DNA of 64,000 nucleotides from a virus, in IMG/VR virus record IMGVR_UViG_3300017917_002795, positions 64,001 through 128,000 of that record; one strand, 5' to 3'. Both the position numbers and the translations under genes were made by a program. Every line of letters begins with the position of its first letter. Positions within the stretch are counted from its first letter, which is position 1. Positions 59,740-64,000 of this stretch are shown here, piece after piece. The notes under the pieces were generated by a model. The model was not told where the DNA came from. It saw nothing but the letters and a program-made list of their open reading frames with translations, and searched no databases.

Positions 59740-59799
59740 TTATCAATAATATTTTTTTAATGGTAACTACATATTTATATTAAAAGGATATTATGGTAA
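59740..59799 (+). promoter_or_regulatory. RBS/AUG-sequestering hairpin with late promoter motif in loop
   Basis: 59746-59761 pairs with 59779-59794 (14 Watson-Crick + 2 GU); ATATTTATA at 59771. Confidence 0.75.
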
Positions 59800-60434
59800 C
59801 ATGTAAATTATGTAAAAAAGATTTTCATCGAATTTCGAATACACATTTAAAGCGCCATGGAATTACATGTAATGAATATATGCAACAATTTCCAGATGCC
59901 GAAATGGTTGATGCCGAATTGAAAAAACAAATATCATTATCATCATATGGAAAAACATATGAACAGAGATATGGCGTAGAAACTGCAACTAAATTACGAG
60001 AACAGCGTAAAGTTGATGCAAAAAAACAATTTTCTGATATTGAACAACGTAGAATTCGATTTAATTCAAATTGGAAAGGATATGGAGATTTATCAGGAGA
60101 TCATTGGCGTCGTATTCAGAATGGAGCTTTAGGACGAAATTTAGAACTAAATATTACAATTGAAGATGCGTGGAATGTTTACTTGAAACAAAATGGTAAA
60201 TGTGCAATATCAGGAATTGATATTACATTAAGAGGCCAAAAAATAGGAATGTCTTCAAAATCTGTACATGAAAAAACTACAGCATCGCTGGATAGAATTG
60301 ACAGTAGTAAAGGCTATACTATTGATAATATACAGTGGATACATAAAGATTTGAATCAAATGAAAAGTGATCGTACTATGGAGACATTTTTATATTGGGT
60401 AAAAACTATATACGAAAATAAATTTGGAATTTAA
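59793..60434 (+). CDS. Free-standing HNH-like homing endonuclease
   Basis: N-terminal CKLC..H...H; QNGKCAISG...ASLDRIDSSKGY..DNIQW.H...NQMK. Confidence 0.8.
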   Translation: MVTCKLCKKDFHRISNTHLKRHGITCNEYMQQFPDAEMVDAELKKQISLSSYGKTYEQRYGVETATKLREQRKVDAKKQFSDIEQRRIRFNSNWKGYGDLSGDHWRRIQNGALGRNLELNITIEDAWNVYLKQNGKCAISGIDITLRGQKIGMSSKSVHEKTTASLDRIDSSKGYTIDNIQWIHKDLNQMKSDRTMETFLYWVKTIYENKFGI

Positions 60435-60467
60435 TAAACAATTAATTATATTAAAAGAAAATAAGTT

Positions 60468-61040
60468 ATGGGATTAGTAGACCACGCAAAAACAGAATTA
60501 GAAATTTCTGGACTTTTAAGTGAAGAAGGAGATTTCTACGGAGGAATGACAGGTAAAGCTGTTTTAGAATTAATGGAAGTATTCTCCAAACAAGGACACT
60601 CTGGAATGTCAGCACCAATTGTAGCTGATTTATTTCAAAAATTAGCCAATTATAAACCACTTGGACCTATTACAGGAAAAGATGAGGAATGGAATTTGTT
60701 AGATTATGGTGATGATCTTAAATATCAAAACAAACGCGTATCTGGATTATTTAAAGACGCAGACGGTAAAGTAACTTACAACACAGGTATAATTAAAAGA
60801 ACACCAAATGGCGGAACATGGTCTGGACCACTTTATTTAACACGAGAAGATGCAATTAACAATACTAATATGATTCGTTCATCACAAGAAATAAAAGGAT
60901 TTCCTTTTACGCCAAAAACTTTTTATATTGACGTATTAGAGGAAGAAATTGAAAAAGATGACTGGATTATGTGGTGTAAAGATCCTTCGCAATTGGACGA
61001 CGTATGGGAATATTATAAAAAACCAGAATTTTTAAAATAA
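60468..61040 (+). CDS. Hypothetical protein
   Basis: Own host-type promoter at 60423; phage-like codon usage. Confidence 0.7.
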   Translation: MGLVDHAKTELEISGLLSEEGDFYGGMTGKAVLELMEVFSKQGHSGMSAPIVADLFQKLANYKPLGPITGKDEEWNLLDYGDDLKYQNKRVSGLFKDADGKVTYNTGIIKRTPNGGTWSGPLYLTREDAINNTNMIRSSQEIKGFPFTPKTFYIDVLEEEIEKDDWIMWCKDPSQLDDVWEYYKKPEFLK

Positions 61041-61047
61041 AAAAAAG

Positions 61048-61512
61048 ATGGCAAAGTTTACATCAACTAAACTATTCGACGGATATTCAACATGTTTTCG
61101 TCAATGGCGAGCAGAAGATACACATTGCAAATTCCTTCACGGATATGCAGTTTCATTCCGAGTATGGTTTGAAGGTGATTTAGATCATCGCAACTGGGTA
61201 TTTGATTTTGGTGGCATGAAGCGAGCTAAAGCACAGATACACGGTATGTCTCCAAAAGAGTACTTTGCATTTCTATTAGATCACACTACAATTATTGCAA
61301 TTGATGATCCTCATTTGAAACTGTTTCAAATAATGGATGAATACGGTCTTATTCAATTACGCATACTACCAGCCACCGGATGTGAGAAGTTCGCAGAGCA
61401 TCTGTACTTTGTGATTAATGCATTCTTAAAAGAAGAAACCGAAGGCAGAGTCCGAGCCGTTAAAGTAGAAGTTTATGAACACGAAAGAAACTCAGCAAGT
61501 TATGAAGAGTGA
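61048..61512 (+). CDS. queD: 6-carboxytetrahydropterin synthase
   Basis: HCKFLHGY, VFDFG, LDH, CEKFA and EVYE motifs; near folE and queE. Confidence 0.9.
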   Translation: MAKFTSTKLFDGYSTCFRQWRAEDTHCKFLHGYAVSFRVWFEGDLDHRNWVFDFGGMKRAKAQIHGMSPKEYFAFLLDHTTIIAIDDPHLKLFQIMDEYGLIQLRILPATGCEKFAEHLYFVINAFLKEETEGRVRAVKVEVYEHERNSASYEE

Positions 61513-61876
61513 AGATCAATATATATCACTTTATGAATATTTAGGTAAAGGTTCTGGTGGTACAAATACTGGTCGAGAAGTTACAGCAGAAGCCATTAAA
61601 CGTGGTATTGATATTAAATGGCGAACTCTTCCTAAAGAAGCACAACGACCAGAATATACACAAGTACAGATATATCCATTATCATTTCTAGATGATTATT
61701 TTGGTAACGTGGACAATGCCAATAACATTGAAGTAGACCGAACTCCAATTGTAAGACGTTCTGAATTAATTAAGATACAAAAACGATTAGAAGATCTAGA
61801 AGCTAAATTTGCCGAAGTAATTAAAAAATTAGAAATACCAACTAAATTAGAAGATGACTATGACCTCCCATTCTAA
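61502..61876 (+). CDS. Hypothetical protein ending in DDYDLPF
   Basis: ATG 61502; small N-terminal domain, coiled coil, acidic tail. Confidence 0.65.
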   Translation: MKSEDQYISLYEYLGKGSGGTNTGREVTAEAIKRGIDIKWRTLPKEAQRPEYTQVQIYPLSFLDDYFGNVDNANNIEVDRTPIVRRSELIKIQKRLEDLEAKFAEVIKKLEIPTKLEDDYDLPF

Positions 61877-62645
61877 ACCTAGAATTACAGACTATAATAA
61901 AACGTTACCAATTGTAGAACTTTATAGATGCGTTCAGTCAGAAGGATCTAGATTTGGCCGCCCTACTATTGCAGTTAGAACTACAGGTTGCACTCACAGA
62001 TGCTATTTTGGAGAGGGCGGATGGTGCGATAGCTGGTATACTTCTATTCACCCAGAGAAAGGCACGTTCACTTTCAATGATATCATTGCCATATATGACG
62101 AAAATCCACATATTAAAGAAATGATGCTTACAGGTGGTTCTCCCACAATGCATCCAGCCCTAGTAAACGAATTAACCCATTTTGCTCATGAAAAAAACAT
62201 TCTTATCACCATTGAAACCGAAGGATCCCATTTTATCGAAACAGATTATCCTATTGGTCTTGTTAGCCTCAGCCCTAAATTTAGCAACAGCGTCCCTGTG
62301 GTTGGTACTACTACGCCTCTTGGGAATATTGTAGACCAAAAAATGATTGATCAACATAACAAGTTTAGAATGAAGCTTGCTACAATGAGCCAGATGATTC
62401 ACTTCCATACGGATTATCATTTCAAACCAGTATGGGATGGAACGGACAAGAATCTACAAGAAATTGAAAACATTCGCACTTTACTTAATATTCCAAAAGA
62501 CAAAACATATATAATGCCCGCAGGAGATACTAGAGAGGAATTAATTAAAATGTATTCACTTGTTTTTGAAATATGTGCTGAAAAGGGATATAATATGACA
62601 GGAAGGGATCACATAATAAGTTACGATACAAAGAGGGGAGTATGA
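61854..62645 (+). CDS. queE: 7-carboxy-7-deazaguanine synthase (radical SAM)
   Basis: VQSEG, RTTGCTHRC.......CDS (CX3CX7C variant), LTGG, IETEG and SLSPK motifs. Confidence 0.9.
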   Translation: MTMTSHSKPRITDYNKTLPIVELYRCVQSEGSRFGRPTIAVRTTGCTHRCYFGEGGWCDSWYTSIHPEKGTFTFNDIIAIYDENPHIKEMMLTGGSPTMHPALVNELTHFAHEKNILITIETEGSHFIETDYPIGLVSLSPKFSNSVPVVGTTTPLGNIVDQKMIDQHNKFRMKLATMSQMIHFHTDYHFKPVWDGTDKNLQEIENIRTLLNIPKDKTYIMPAGDTREELIKMYSLVFEICAEKGYNMTGRDHIISYDTKRGV

Positions 62646-62998
62646 GCCAAGATAATTTAACAATCATCACCAACGAATTCAATTCGTTTAAAGGTCAATT
62701 CGTAATTTGCAGTGACCAGGTTTATCGATTTATCGGAATAGCCGATGATGACGAAGATTGGTATTATGCACTTTATGATGGCCGCAGACTTACGTTGCAT
62801 TCGTGTGTCGGGAGTATAACTCCACTTAAAGGTTATATTTATGATGATCATTACGATGAAATGATTCGTTTAGCACATCTTAATCATTACGATTTGTTAT
62901 CAGAAGCATTTTCAGAATTCGTCGAACAACATAAAAAAGAGGTAACCGATTTGAAAGATACACGTTTCATTCTAGGACCGCATTGGGAATTAAACTAA
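62642..62998 (+). CDS. Hypothetical protein
   Basis: ATGA overlap; GGGGAG RBS. Confidence 0.65.
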   Translation: MSQDNLTIITNEFNSFKGQFVICSDQVYRFIGIADDDEDWYYALYDGRRLTLHSCVGSITPLKGYIYDDHYDEMIRLAHLNHYDLLSEAFSEFVEQHKKEVTDLKDTRFILGPHWELN

Positions 62999-63012
62999 AA
63001 AAAAGGATAAAT

Positions 63013-63207
63013 ATGACACAATTACAAGATCAAAATCTTAAGATAAAGATTCAAATTTTAGATGCTGAAGATAACATTTTAGTATCAGGCGTAACTAGTT
63101 ATACCATGGTACATGATCTCGAAGTATATCAAGGTATTAGTGGTGTAGAACAAGTATATCGTATGTTATTGGATGAATTAGAACAAAAACAACAAGCAGA
63201 AAAATGA
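63013..63207 (+). CDS. Small hypothetical protein
   Basis: ATG 63013 with AAAGGA RBS. Confidence 0.6.
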   Translation: MTQLQDQNLKIKIQILDAEDNILVSGVTSYTMVHDLEVYQGISGVEQVYRMLLDELEQKQQAEK

Positions 63208-63266
63208 ATTGGACAGTAACAACAACCGTTGGCAATATCAACATTAAATACGAGATAAAACGATGA
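63204..63266 (+). CDS. 20-aa micro-ORF MNWTVTTTVGNINIKYEIKR (below ORF-track cutoff)
   Basis: ATGA overlaps with both neighbours, exactly filling the gap. Confidence 0.55.
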   Translation: MNWTVTTTVGNINIKYEIKR

Positions 63267-63514
63267 AAAAAATTATCTATTTTACAGCAGAATGGTGCGG
63301 TCCATGCAAAATGATCAAACCGCAAATGAAAGAATTGGCAACACAACTACCAATTACATTTATTGATGTTGAAACAAGCAAATCGACAGCAGAACATTAT
63401 CTAGTAAAAAGCATTCCATGTGCTATTCTAATAGATGAATTTGGATCTGAACGAGGACGACTAGTCGGAACTAACATCAATAAAAACACAGTTACAGCAT
63501 TATTTAATCGTTAA
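63263..63514 (+). CDS. trxA: Thioredoxin
   Basis: FTAEWCGPCK active site; VKSIP cis-Pro motif. Confidence 0.92.
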   Translation: MKKIIYFTAEWCGPCKMIKPQMKELATQLPITFIDVETSKSTAEHYLVKSIPCAILIDEFGSERGRLVGTNINKNTVTALFNR

Positions 63515-63528
63515 AAAAGGAACAAGTT

Positions 63529-63828
63529 ATGGAATGGAATCCAATTGGAGATCAAGTTTTATTGAAAATTGAAAAAACTGCAGAAAAAACAAAAGGTGGT
63601 ATCATCTTGGTAGATCGAGATATGCAGTTTAATGTCGGTACCGTTATAGCAGTAGGTCCGGGTTTATTCACAATGACCGGAGACAGAATACCAATGTCAG
63701 TAGCACCAGGAGATGCTGTTATGATCTACAAATCAAATTTAGGTGAGAACAAAAGCATCGTAATTGATGATGACGATTATTATTTAATCCGCGAATCAGA
63801 AATTGGTGTTGTAAAATCTGCAAAATGA
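63529..63828 (+). CDS. groES: Co-chaperonin GroES
   Basis: PIGDQVL, KTKGGIIL mobile loop, GTVIAVGPG and LIRESEI motifs. Confidence 0.92.
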   Translation: MEWNPIGDQVLLKIEKTAEKTKGGIILVDRDMQFNVGTVIAVGPGLFTMTGDRIPMSVAPGDAVMIYKSNLGENKSIVIDDDDYYLIRESEIGVVKSAK

Positions 63829-64000
63829 TAGAAGCATTAGGGTGGATTAGTACCGGATTAGTACTAGTAGGATACATATCCAATGCAACTGGAAACACAA
63901 AACTAGCTATGGTTACCTGGATTGCGGGCGACATTGGTTGGATTACGTATGATTTCTTCATTGACAATTTCAGTCATTTGGTTTTAAGTTTAGTTATCAT
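63825..64000 (+). CDS. Small membrane protein, 3'-truncated by window edge
   Basis: ATGA overlap with groES; MIEALGWISTGLVLVGY...WIAGDIGWITY hydrophobic helices. Confidence 0.6.
   Translation, partial: MIEALGWISTGLVLVGYISNATGNTKLAMVTWIAGDIGWITYDFFIDNFSHLVLSLVI

Noticed and set aside
1-64000. Stop-codon reassignment, tRNA or rRNA genes
   Set aside because: Core genes are intact in the standard code with TAA, TAG and TGA all used as stops; no cloverleaf seen in the short intergenic gaps (tRNAscan not run)

Overview
AT-rich 64-kb segment of a large T4-like (contractile-tailed) phage, most likely infecting Bacteroidota. Host evidence: TTTG-N19/20-TA promoter architecture, Bacteroidota-type bS21, and a Gln at +1 of a signal peptide. 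Gene order: putative lysis pair, terminase, portal, prohead proteins and protease, ribosomal protein bS21, scaffold, major capsid, neck proteins; a ~19-kb accessory fibre/adhesin region (29-aa-repeat coiled coil, variable LRR protein, inverted DUF2827 + J-domain pair, Ser/Thr-rich fibres, four tandem paralogous beta-helix proteins); sheath, tube, gp26/gp51-like chaperones (probable frameshift), tape measure, baseplate; replication genes (atypical PolA, SSB, RecA, 5'-3' nuclease, helicase); class II RNR; PRTase and SLOG genes; folE/queD/queE 7-deazaguanine genes; thioredoxin and GroES. The best-supported highlight is nrdJ fractured at its active site by a naturally split intein (107-aa IntN, 36-aa IntC) with a free-standing endonuclease between the halves. 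This endonuclease gene and a second HNH gene each carry a long hairpin that buries the RBS/AUG and has the phage late-promoter motif in its loop. All family assignments come from motif recognition by eye; no database searches or folding programs were run.
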